From the NCBI GenBank assembly GCA_963803975.1, contig CAWDOY010000001.1:32001-96000 (forward strand): a stretch of 64,000 nucleotides of DNA, read 5' to 3'. The notes under the pieces are model-generated. The model was given only the letters and a program-made list of their open reading frames with translations, did not search any database and was not told the DNA's origin. This document shows positions 19,632 to 28,436 of this stretch, in pieces; the stretch's first letter is position 1; every line of letters starts with the position of its first letter. A program made the translations under genes and the position numbers. Source of the DNA: an uncultured delta proteobacterium (lineage in GTDB: Bacteria > Desulfobacterota > WTBG01 > CAIYCZ01).

Positions 19632-20963
19632 TTACTTATCCTTTTTTTCTATTTTTTCACCACCGTCAGCCATGGTAAAACCCAACTGGGGTTCAAATAT
19701 GACGCCGGCGGGAACAGTGGCAGGCTTGGATGCTTTCATGGAGAAGGTCAGCCCGGCTCCCACAATGAGCATAATCGCAGCTATCAGAAAGGATGAGCTG
19801 AAACTTCCGGTGTTTGTTTGCAGCATCTGGGATACCCTGCTCATGACAAACCCGCCAATCCCCCAGGCCGTGAACATGATTCCATAGTTAATGCCGAACG
19901 ACTTGAGCCCCCACAGATCCTTGGTGAGAGACGGAAACAGGGACAGGTTTGATCCATAGTTAAAGCCGATAAACGTTGCCAGCAACAGCATCAGGACTGC
20001 ACTCGGGTGCTCTGCGCCGACCAGCGGGATGGCGGCAAGCATAAGCACTGCCTGGAACAGAAGCATCATCAGCATCGTATAATTTCTGCCGATTTTGTCG
20101 GATAATATGCCGGCTATAATGCGGCCGCCGGCATTGCCCACCGCCATGATGGCCACTGCCAGGAATGCTGCATTGGGCATGCTCTTCTTTGCCATGCCGG
20201 CGATGCTGCTGATAACCATCAGTCCCACGCCAGCACCGATGAAATAGATAAACCAGAGCACATAAAAGTTGGCTGACTTCATCATTTGTGCGGGAGTGGC
20301 ATCAACGCTCAACGCGGATTTTTTAACGGCTCCCTTTTTGTTCTGTGTCGCAGCTTCAGGCACATAGCCCTGCGGAGGATTAACCAGCAGCAGGGAAAGC
20401 CCGCACACCACGACAAGAAAAGCAACGCCAAACAGCATCATTGAATTATTGATGCCCATGGTTTTTAAGAGATACTCGGACAGGGGCGCGATATAAACTG
20501 ATGCGAGCCCGAAACCAGCCACCACCAGCCCTGCAATCAAGCCGGTTTTTGCCGGAGGGAACCATTTCAGGGCCGGCGGCGTTGCCGCGGAATAGCCGAA
20601 ACCGATCCCCGCTCCGGCCAGCACGCCGAACCCCAGAAGCCATGCTGCGTAACTATTGGACTGAGAACACAGCAGCAACCCGATCGCCACGAGAATGCCG
20701 CCGATAAAAGCAGTTATGCGCGGCCCAACCTTATCCTGACACTTGCCGGCAATGATCATTGAGAATGCAAAACAGAGACAGCAAACAGAGTACGGGTCAT
20801 TCATCTGCGCTGCACTCCAGCTGAAGATGCCGTCTTTTGCCTCAATTGATTTTGCTATGGAGCCCTTGAAAATACTCCAGGTATACAGAATGCCAAGGGC
20901 AAGGTTAATGCCGGTTCCTGCGAATGTTACCATCCATCCTTTGTTTTTTACTGCCTGTGTCAT
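19632..20963 (-). CDS. OFA (oxalate:formate antiporter)-family MFS transporter
   Basis: 12 TM pattern; NLALGILYTWS, KWFP..GL..G...AGFG, GRIIAGILSDKIGR, NYGIMFTAWG. Confidence 0.88.
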   Translation of the reverse strand: MTQAVKNKGWMVTFAGTGINLALGILYTWSIFKGSIAKSIEAKDGIFSWSAAQMNDPYSVCCLCFAFSMIIAGKCQDKVGPRITAFIGGILVAIGLLLCSQSNSYAAWLLGFGVLAGAGIGFGYSAATPPALKWFPPAKTGLIAGLVVAGFGLASVYIAPLSEYLLKTMGINNSMMLFGVAFLVVVCGLSLLLVNPPQGYVPEAATQNKKGAVKKSALSVDATPAQMMKSANFYVLWFIYFIGAGVGLMVISSIAGMAKKSMPNAAFLAVAIMAVGNAGGRIIAGILSDKIGRNYTMLMMLLFQAVLMLAAIPLVGAEHPSAVLMLLLATFIGFNYGSNLSLFPSLTKDLWGLKSFGINYGIMFTAWGIGGFVMSRVSQMLQTNTGSFSSSFLIAAIMLIVGAGLTFSMKASKPATVPAGVIFEPQLGFTMADGGEKIEKKDK

Positions 20964-21052
20964 ACTTCCTCCTTTTGTTTATGAACTTCTGCTGCCGTCA
21001 ATAGGGTCTATAAATAAATACACGAACCCTTATATTTTTCAGACTTTCTTTT

Positions 21053-21068
21053 ATCAATATCCATGCCA
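21053..21068 (-). promoter_or_regulatory. Possible sigma54 promoter for the OFA-MFS gene
   Basis: TGGCATGGATATTGAT: canonical -24 element and spacing, non-canonical GA at -12. Confidence 0.4.
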
Positions 21069-21185
21069 TAGGCAAGGGAATGCCGCTCATGAGAAAATAA
21101 CTAAAAATACAAAATAAAATCAAATAGTTGGAATGATTATGGATAGGCAACAAAATAAACAGATAAAGATAAATTACAGCCCTAA

Positions 21186-21309
21186 TGTTCAATAATTAAA
21201 CATAAAAAAACTGCTTCCGCGATTAAAATTAATTCTAAAGCTAATTCAAATGATTAGACGGAGCTTGCGTGTTCACATATTAAACACCATGATGTTAAAT
21301 TTATGAACT
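21186..21309. promoter_or_regulatory. Three copies of a 17-bp imperfect palindrome (candidate transcription-factor sites)
   Basis: TGTTCAATAATTAAACA (21186), TGTTCACATATTAAACA (21270), TGTTAAATTTATGAACT (21293). Confidence 0.6.
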
Positions 21310-21323
21310 TTTGTATTTTGGCC

Positions 21324-21352
21324 TTGACATTGATGGAATATTTGAATATAAA
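21324..21352 (+). promoter_or_regulatory. Putative sigma70 promoter of DUF485-actP
   Basis: TTGACA-17nt-TATAAA; AGGAGG RBS before ATG at 21424. Confidence 0.6.
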
Positions 21353-21423
21353 ATCCCATTAATTTAAAGCAAGTAAAGATTTATTAAGCAAAGTAAGCAC
21401 TATAGATAAATAAGGAGGAGACT

Positions 21424-21692
21424 ATGGCACACGGACCAACGACACAATGGGGAGAGGACAAAGCGTCAGAGTACAAGTCAAAGCTCGGGGTGTATCTGTT
21501 TATTTTTTATACTTTAGTGTATGCCGGCTTTATAATCATAAACGTAGTGAGTCCCAAACTGATGGGAGTAAAAGTGATTTAGGCCTTAATCTGGCAGGCG
21601 TGTACGGGTTCGGTCTGATTCTACTGGCTATCGTTATGGGACTTATTTACAACTACCTCTGTTCACAAAAGGAATATGCAGTTAATAAATAG
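21424..21692 (+). CDS. DUF485 (YjcH-like) small membrane protein, frameshifted near 21578
   Basis: MAHGPTTQWGEDKASEYKSKLGVYLFIFYTLVYAGFIIINVVSPKLMG, then another frame LGLNLAGVYGFGLILLAIVMGLIYN; typical position upstream of actP. Confidence 0.8.
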
Positions 21693-21707
21693 CAAGGAGA
21701 CTGAGCA

Positions 21708-23609
21708 ATGATTTATGCAGCTTCGCCGTTCGCAATCGGCTTGTTTATCGCGTTTGTGTTATCTGTTCTCGGGATTTCGTCGTATTTTGCCAAGAAGACG
21801 CAGTCATCAAAAGGGTATTATGCGGCCGGTGGAACCATTCACTGGGGTGTCAACGGCATAGCGTTTGCCGGTGATTATCTTTCTGCCGCCTCATTTCTGG
21901 GAATCTGCGGGATGATCGCATTTGACGGTTATGACGGATTTCTGTATTCCATAGGGTATCTTGCTGGCTGGGTTGTGGCCTTGTTTGTGGTGGCAGAACC
22001 CCTGAAGCGTTTCGGTAAATATACGTTTACCGACGCGCTTGATTATAAATTCGGTTCCAAGGGAATACAGCTCACCGCAGCCATCAGCACCCTTGTTGTT
22101 TCCCTGTGCTATCTGGTGCCGCAGATGGTCGGCGCCGGCGACCTGGTTACTCCGCTGCTGGGATTTCCCCATTATGTCGGGGTTATCATGGTTGGCGCTA
22201 TTGTTATATTCATCGTGGCGACAGCCGGCATGACCTCAACAACGTATGTTCAATTTATAAAAGGCGGCCTCCTGATCGTTTTTTCCACAATTCTTACCAT
22301 CTGCGTTTTCAATAACGGTATTTCAAAGAAACCTTCAGAAAATTACCACGAGTTTAAAGCACTGAAAGCTGTTGCCGCAGGAGGAGCTATTACTGCAGTT
22401 GAGGACACGTCCTATAAAATCGCCGGTGAATTTAAAGATAAAAAGGGACAGTTTGTAAAGCTTGAAAAAGACGGCATTAATTCATGGTGGAAGGCCGGTG
22501 AAAAAAATGGGGCGCCGGTGCTTGAAGAAGCACTCTCGCTCACGACTCGCGCGGACGGCACCAAGCTCTACAATGGCGAGCCCAAAGAAGCGCGGAAGTT
22601 TTTCCAGGTCGGCAGCGCAAGCAAGATTATTGTGGATGGCCAGGAAGTTGACAAGACCGGCGGCCTGGGTCCGTTTCAGTTCCTTGAGACTTTGGAATCA
22701 AGCGAGATTGTCCGTTTCGGCAAGGCAGCTATCAGCGACGGCAAAGACAAGGTTTCAGTCTTTTATCAGAACCCGACTTCCGGAAAAGATATCATGCGCC
22801 CCGGGCTGAAATTTAAAGTGGATAAGGGCTCTGATTTCATGTCAAAACTTAATTTCGTGTCCCTTATGATCGCCCTGTTTTTCGGCACCTCCGCACTTCC
22901 GCACATCCTCATCCGCTATTACACGGTCCCCAGCCCGAAAGACGCGCGCAAATCAACCATTGTTGCCATCGGCTCCATCGGTTTTTTCTACATCCTCACC
23001 CTGTTCATGGGCCTGGGGGCAATGGTCTCCGGCGTCATTGACCTTGAGAGCAGCAACATGTCGGCGCCGCTGCTCGCAAAATATTTCGGCACCGCCCTTT
23101 TTGCCATAATATCCGCAATCGCTTTCGCGACGGTTCTTGGTACGGTGAGCGGCCTGATTGTCGCCGCCTCAGGAGCAGTGGCACATGACCTGATGTCAAA
23201 TTTTTTAGGCATTGAAATGACCGATCAGGGCCAGGTTAAGGCAGGGAAAATTTCGGCAGTTGTTGTCGGCTGTATCGCAATACTGCTGGGCATACTCTGC
23301 AAGGGAATGAACGTATCGTTTCTCGTAGGCCTTGCGTTTGCCGTGGCCGCATCCGCCAATCTGCCGGCAATCATCATGCTGCTGTTCTGGAAAAAAACGA
23401 CCTCTAAAGGGATTGCCGCTTCCATTGTAGTAGGCATGGTATCAGCGCTGGGGATGATTCTGCTCTCTCCCAGCACCTATGCGGACATTTATGGCCTGCC
23501 TGCTACACAGGCCCCCATTCCCCTTGATAACCCCGGCATCATATCGATACCGCTCAGTTTTATAACGCTGGTGGTGATTTCACTGGTGACACAGAAGCAG
23601 GCGAAATAA
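21708..23609 (+). CDS. actP: Cation/acetate symporter ActP-like (SSS family) with a ~160-aa soluble insert
   Basis: NGIAFAGDYLSAASFLG, GTSALPHILIRYYTVP, AFAVAASANLP, NPGIISIPL. Confidence 0.9.
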   Translation: MIYAASPFAIGLFIAFVLSVLGISSYFAKKTQSSKGYYAAGGTIHWGVNGIAFAGDYLSAASFLGICGMIAFDGYDGFLYSIGYLAGWVVALFVVAEPLKRFGKYTFTDALDYKFGSKGIQLTAAISTLVVSLCYLVPQMVGAGDLVTPLLGFPHYVGVIMVGAIVIFIVATAGMTSTTYVQFIKGGLLIVFSTILTICVFNNGISKKPSENYHEFKALKAVAAGGAITAVEDTSYKIAGEFKDKKGQFVKLEKDGINSWWKAGEKNGAPVLEEALSLTTRADGTKLYNGEPKEARKFFQVGSASKIIVDGQEVDKTGGLGPFQFLETLESSEIVRFGKAAISDGKDKVSVFYQNPTSGKDIMRPGLKFKVDKGSDFMSKLNFVSLMIALFFGTSALPHILIRYYTVPSPKDARKSTIVAIGSIGFFYILTLFMGLGAMVSGVIDLESSNMSAPLLAKYFGTALFAIISAIAFATVLGTVSGLIVAASGAVAHDLMSNFLGIEMTDQGQVKAGKISAVVVGCIAILLGILCKGMNVSFLVGLAFAVAASANLPAIIMLLFWKKTTSKGIAASIVVGMVSALGMILLSPSTYADIYGLPATQAPIPLDNPGIISIPLSFITLVVISLVTQKQAK

Positions 23610-23641
23610 AGAAAAGAGATTGTCTAAAGCAACTTTGGGGT

Positions 23642-23680
23642 AGAAAGGCAGGGCCTGATCCGGGCGCTGCCTTTCTTTTT
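23642..23680 (+). terminator. Rho-independent terminator after actP
   Basis: AGAAAGGCAG...CTGCCTTTCT followed by T-run. Confidence 0.7.
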
Positions 23681-23745
23681 ATAGGGAAGATTTAAATTGC
23701 TAAAACCCTTGACACTGTAAGCCCGAGCATATAGGGTTTATACCC

Positions 23746-24324
23746 ATGGACCATACCTGCAAAGCTCGTCTCAAAGAACTCCTGATCGAAAAGTCCGTAA
23801 AATACAGCGACACTCCGGTGTTCAAGCTTGCATCGGGGAGGATGAGCGATTTTTATGTCGATTGCCGGAAGGTTACCCACAACGCTGAAGGAAAGTATCT
23901 GATCGGGAATATGATTTTTGATCTGATACAGGCGCTTCCCGTAGATGCCATCGGCGGGCTGACCATGGGAGCTGACCCCATTGCCTCTGCGGTTGCCTAT
24001 ACCGCGTTTCTCAATAAAAAGAAGATCAACTCTTTTGTCATCAGAAAAGAGCGCAAGGAGCACGGTCTGAAAAAACTTGTTGAAGGCGATGTGCAGCCAG
24101 GCGACCGGGTGGTAATCGTAGACGATGTTATAACGACCGGCGGGTCCACCATCAGGGCCATTGAGGCCGCCCGCGAAGAAGGGCTTGAGGTGGTAAAAGC
24201 AGTCGTGCTGGTTGACCGCGAGGAAGGCGGCAGAGAAGAGATCGTAAAGTATATTTCTTCAGTCGAGGCACTTTTTACCAAAACTGAATTGATGGAAGCA
24301 TATAGAAAAGCCCGCGGCGTTTAG
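23746..24324 (+). CDS. pyrE: Orotate phosphoribosyltransferase
   Basis: FKLASG, IRKERKEHG, VVIVDDVITTGGS, VDREEGG. Confidence 0.95.
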   Translation: MDHTCKARLKELLIEKSVKYSDTPVFKLASGRMSDFYVDCRKVTHNAEGKYLIGNMIFDLIQALPVDAIGGLTMGADPIASAVAYTAFLNKKKINSFVIRKERKEHGLKKLVEGDVQPGDRVVIVDDVITTGGSTIRAIEAAREEGLEVVKAVVLVDREEGGREEIVKYISSVEALFTKTELMEAYRKARGV

Positions 24325-24477
24325 CAGGCTGTTGAAAAACACCCATCTGCTGCGTTGCGCTTATCCTTCGTCATTGCGACGTACTGAAAAGTACGCCTCA
24401 TTCCTCTTGATTTCGCGCGCCTTGCATCTGGATATTTTTGACCAGCCTGTAAAAGACTACTTTTTCAAAAACCTGCT
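24323..24477 (+). mobile_element. ~155-bp non-coding MITE-like element with terminal inverted repeats
   Basis: AGCAGGCTGTTGAAAAA...TTTTTCAAAAACCTGCT; close inverted copy at 32890-33046. Confidence 0.8.
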
Positions 24478-24501
24478 GGACGCGGGGGGAGGGCAGGCGC
24501 G

Positions 24502-25152
24502 TCAGGATTTTTCCCCGGTCTGCAGCCACTGATAAAAAAGATCCGCTGCCAGCCATTCCCAGCGGCACAGCGGGTTATCAGGCAGCCACAGGCTCTGCAC
24601 CACCGGAGGTTCCCCTTCTTTCTCCATAATCCACGTGTAATAGGGGAAACGACTGCACACCAGGCGGGTTGACCGGGGCGGCACTACTTCTTCCCGTTCC
24701 ATGAAAAACCAGGTCAGCACCCAGAGCACTTCTCCCACCGGGCTGAACCTCCAGGTCACTTCCTCCTGAACGGTTTCTCTGTTCATCCCCTGCAGCTGTT
24801 CCAGTAAAAGAGGAATGATATGGTGCCAGGCTTCCGCACCGGTCTCGTGGCGCACGGCCTGCTCTATAATTTTCCTTTTCCCTTCGAGCGGGATAAGATT
24901 TAAATCACTGATAATAAACTTATGAATGTCCTGCAGCGCGAGATTGAGGTCCGGCTGCTGAGAGAGCTTTATGGCGGGCAGGTCATCGAGTGCCCGGGCG
25001 ACAATTCCCTCTGCCTGGTAGTGGTTAAACAATTCGCGCACCCAGGCATTCAAACAATAGCCTTTTTCAGGCGGCAGCAGTTCCTGCGGAAGGCTGTATT
25101 CCCCCCGTGCCTTGAAATCCTCGTACATTTTTTGAATCAGTGAAGATGCCAT
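24502..25152 (-). CDS. Hypothetical protein
   Basis: 216-aa ORF with AGGAGA RBS; no recognisable motif. Confidence 0.6.
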   Translation of the reverse strand: MASSLIQKMYEDFKARGEYSLPQELLPPEKGYCLNAWVRELFNHYQAEGIVARALDDLPAIKLSQQPDLNLALQDIHKFIISDLNLIPLEGKRKIIEQAVRHETGAEAWHHIIPLLLEQLQGMNRETVQEEVTWRFSPVGEVLWVLTWFFMEREEVVPPRSTRLVCSRFPYYTWIMEKEGEPPVVQSLWLPDNPLCRWEWLAADLFYQWLQTGEKS

Positions 25153-25236
25153 TGTTTCTCCTGTCATTAGTTATGCATGCTGTTACTGCACGGGGTAAAT
25201 AGGGATGGCACGTGTTCTTGACATGATGACCGTTTT

Positions 25237-26742
25237 TCAGGAGGAGCCGAACCCAAAGCTCATGAGACGCTCGCGTATTTTAGTTTTAAATGTTGGAAGA
25301 GCAATTTTAATCGTGAGCAGCAGGTTGTAATTAAAAGCTTTCAGCATAAGGTAGAAATAAGATACGGGTTCAATAAAAATCACGATGAAAAAATATAAAA
25401 TAGCAAGCACTGATTTTGCAATCAGTTTTTCTCTGTTCCGTACAAAATAGTCTATCATGGGTGATGTAATCAGCGGAGAAATCCTCACCAGTTTATTCAA
25501 ATACGTGGGCTGGTAGTTAAAATAATTTCTGATCCCCAGATCAAGGGAACCCATTTTTTCGTGAAGCAGGTCAAAAATCTCCGTACCTTTATAGAAGGTG
25601 AGGGTAAAGAGCTGAAGCTGAAAAGGCTTGCGCACGTTCTGCAGGACGCGCACGGTGTTCAACGCATCCTCCTCTGTTTCAAACGGATTATCGAGGATGA
25701 CATCGTAGTATCCGCTAATGCCGTATTTCCGCACGATGTCGGTTGCCTCTAAAAATTTTTCATTGGATACATGACGGTGATATACTTCCCGGTTGATCCG
25801 TTCACTTCCTGACTGCAGCCCCATCGTTACCCAGGCAAGACCTGCCGGCTTCAGGGTCTTTACCTTCTCTTCGGTCAGGTGGAGCGGTGTTGAGCGCACA
25901 ATGAACGGCCGGGCTATCCACTTTTTATAATCGCCGACGAATTCCTCATGCCACTCTCTGCTGTGGGCCAGGAAACAGTCATCATGAATATTCACCAGGA
26001 TAATGCCAGGGAACTGTTTTATGACCGAGCGCAGCTCTTCAATCACATTGCCCGGGGATCTCTTTCTGATTTTTTTTGTGCCGTAAAGCCGGGATAAAAA
26101 TGAATTGCAGCAGTATGCGCAGGAAAACGGGCACCCCCGGGAGGTTATCATATTATATGCCTTGCCGTCATAGCGGGTATACTGCCTGAAAAGCTTCATG
26201 TCCATGGCGAGGATTTTGCCTCCATGGTAGACATAGGAATGAGCCGGCAAGTGTTCAGGGAACGGGATCCGGTCCAGATCATCTATAAGCGGGCGGAGCG
26301 GATTTTTTGTTATCCCTGAGTCATCTTTAAAAGCTATGTTGTTGATGTGTGCGATGCCGGCATTTTTTTCCAGTGCGCGCGCTATCTCCAGGACGGTCTC
26401 TTCCCCTTCACCAATACAGACCATATCAGCATACTCAAGACACTCTTCAGGGCTTATGGTGGGATGTATGCCGCCAACCAGAAACGGTATATCAGGATAC
26501 CGCGCTTTGACGCTTTTGCCGATATAGGCGGCAAACGGGGCTTCATAACTCATAAACCCGCAGCCAATTAACTGCGGCTGATACGATGCAATAAAATCGA
26601 GCAGGGGGTCTTGAACATTTTGGGTATGCGAGGGAATGAAAAGAATGGCTGACTGATGGCCCTCCTGCAGCAGGCTGGCATGCAGGTATTTAACCCCGAA
26701 ATTTTCAGTCGTTGGCAACAGGGATAGGAGAAGAATTTTCAT
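25237..26742 (-). CDS. B12-binding radical SAM protein
   Basis: VGGIHPT, IGEGE, TSRGCPFSCAYC, HDDCF, GLQSGS. Confidence 0.92.
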   Translation of the reverse strand: MKILLLSLLPTTENFGVKYLHASLLQEGHQSAILFIPSHTQNVQDPLLDFIASYQPQLIGCGFMSYEAPFAAYIGKSVKARYPDIPFLVGGIHPTISPEECLEYADMVCIGEGEETVLEIARALEKNAGIAHINNIAFKDDSGITKNPLRPLIDDLDRIPFPEHLPAHSYVYHGGKILAMDMKLFRQYTRYDGKAYNMITSRGCPFSCAYCCNSFLSRLYGTKKIRKRSPGNVIEELRSVIKQFPGIILVNIHDDCFLAHSREWHEEFVGDYKKWIARPFIVRSTPLHLTEEKVKTLKPAGLAWVTMGLQSGSERINREVYHRHVSNEKFLEATDIVRKYGISGYYDVILDNPFETEEDALNTVRVLQNVRKPFQLQLFTLTFYKGTEIFDLLHEKMGSLDLGIRNYFNYQPTYLNKLVRISPLITSPMIDYFVRNREKLIAKSVLAILYFFIVIFIEPVSYFYLMLKAFNYNLLLTIKIALPTFKTKIRERLMSFGFGSS

Positions 26743-26785
26743 GTATCGGCTTTATGTAGTAGAACGGATTGCAAGGGAAAAAGCG

Positions 26786-28327
26786 TCAAACGGTTTTGAC
26801 GTGCCCGGTTTTTTTATTTAATCCAGGCCGCGGAAAAAGCGTCCGTATCCTGTCTGCCAGTTTTTTTCGTGCAAACAGCCGGTACCGGGCCATAAAGTTA
26901 GCCGCATCAACATCATATTCCTTGTGCCGGTCAAGCAGACGCGAAATGCTGTGGGCAAGCATGCCCAGGTCCGGAAAAACCTTGTAGATCCTGGCCCGGA
27001 TGAGAGCTCTGTTCAGCCATTTGGGAAGAGCAAGGAGCACCACCAGATAGGTTTGAATCCGGGCGAAGTTTTTTATCGTAATGGTGCCGCCCTGGATAAA
27101 GGAGCGGGCGGTGAGGCCCTCATTTATCTCTTCCACGTCCCGGGGCGTGAGCATCTTATGCTCCATGGCTATATCTATAATCTTGGTGCGCGGGAAATAG
27201 CGCAGGAAATAGAGGCTGAGACGGTTGGGCCGGGTCTCATTATAAAACGAGAGCATGTTGACCAGGTCATCCTCAGTCTGCGTGGGAAGGCCCAGCATAT
27301 TTTCACAGATTGCATGAATGCCGGCACTGCGCAGCAGCAGGATCGCGCTTCTCACCTTCTCGTTGCTTTCCCTGCGGTTGAGGATGTTTTTTTTCAGCTC
27401 TTCGTTGAGGGACTGAACACCCATAATCGCCTGCCAGCAGTTTGCCTCCTTGAGCCGTGCCACAGACTCTTCATCGATGAAATTAACATGAATGCAGGCG
27501 GTGAATGGCAGATTTATATCTTTCTTATAGCCATCCAGAAATTCAAAAAGCCATTTCTTGTCGCTGATTAATATTTCATCCCAGAAATGCACCGCGGAAA
27601 AATTATAGGTTGCTTTTGCCCAGCGCAGTTCTGCAAGGACATTTTCCGGACTTCTCCGGCGCATGAATCTGCCCTTGCCGGGATAGATTATATCCTTGTA
27701 GAGAGAGTTGTTGCAGAACGTGCATTTATTTACGCATCCCCGGCTGGTAATAGTTATGTAGCCCTCTGCAAAGAAGGGCAGCTTGTCATAAAAGATGCCT
27801 TTATCCGGGAACGGCAGCGCGTCAAGGTCTTCGATGAGCGGCCGCACCTCATTCTTGAACACCTCTGTTCCGTTTTTCGCCCAGATGTTGGGAATGGTGC
27901 GGCAGATGGCTGGATTTCCCAGGTTGTCTGCAAGGTCAACCAGCGCCCCCTCACCTTCTCCCACTACTATATAATCTACTGACGGCTGCCTGATAACATA
28001 GTCCGGCACCGAGGACGGGTGCACACCGCCAAACACAATGGGAACCTGCAGGGCCTTTTTTATCCGGTCAGCAAGGCGTACTGCCCAGGGATAATTATCA
28101 GACACCACTGAAAAGGCAACCAGGTCAGGCTTACAGGATTTCAATTCGGTAATGATATCTTCAGTGTAGTCAAAAAATTTATGCAGTCGTTTATAATAGA
28201 GAAAGGTATCGTTGAAGAGCTGCGGGTCAAAGCACAGCGAGCACTTGTGCCCGGCCTGTTTGAGGGCAGTAGCAAGGTACTCTATGGCAAGTGTTTCACA
28301 TGCAGATGATACAAAGACAATATGCAT
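26786..28327 (-). CDS. B12-binding radical SAM protein
   Basis: FGGVHPS, VGEGE, TSRGCVNKCTFC, GVQS, MLGLP. Confidence 0.92.
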   Translation of the reverse strand: MHIVFVSSACETLAIEYLATALKQAGHKCSLCFDPQLFNDTFLYYKRLHKFFDYTEDIITELKSCKPDLVAFSVVSDNYPWAVRLADRIKKALQVPIVFGGVHPSSVPDYVIRQPSVDYIVVGEGEGALVDLADNLGNPAICRTIPNIWAKNGTEVFKNEVRPLIEDLDALPFPDKGIFYDKLPFFAEGYITITSRGCVNKCTFCNNSLYKDIIYPGKGRFMRRRSPENVLAELRWAKATYNFSAVHFWDEILISDKKWLFEFLDGYKKDINLPFTACIHVNFIDEESVARLKEANCWQAIMGVQSLNEELKKNILNRRESNEKVRSAILLLRSAGIHAICENMLGLPTQTEDDLVNMLSFYNETRPNRLSLYFLRYFPRTKIIDIAMEHKMLTPRDVEEINEGLTARSFIQGGTITIKNFARIQTYLVVLLALPKWLNRALIRARIYKVFPDLGMLAHSISRLLDRHKEYDVDAANFMARYRLFARKKLADRIRTLFPRPGLNKKTGHVKTV

Positions 28328-28436
28328 TACTATTAATAACCTTTTTCGGATTGAAACGGCGGCTGGTAATGCGCGGGTTTCGATAACCGTAAAATGTTCA
28401 GGGCTAATCTACCCCGGTTCAGCATTCTGTAAGGGC

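Noticed and set aside
21071..21085. Sigma54-like CGGCATTCCCTTGC on the minus strand
   Set aside because: GG-to-GC spacing is 9 nt rather than the required 10
24332..24532. Similar small 'proteins' MKNTHLLRCA... here and at 32803-33051
   Set aside because: They are translations of the repeated non-coding element
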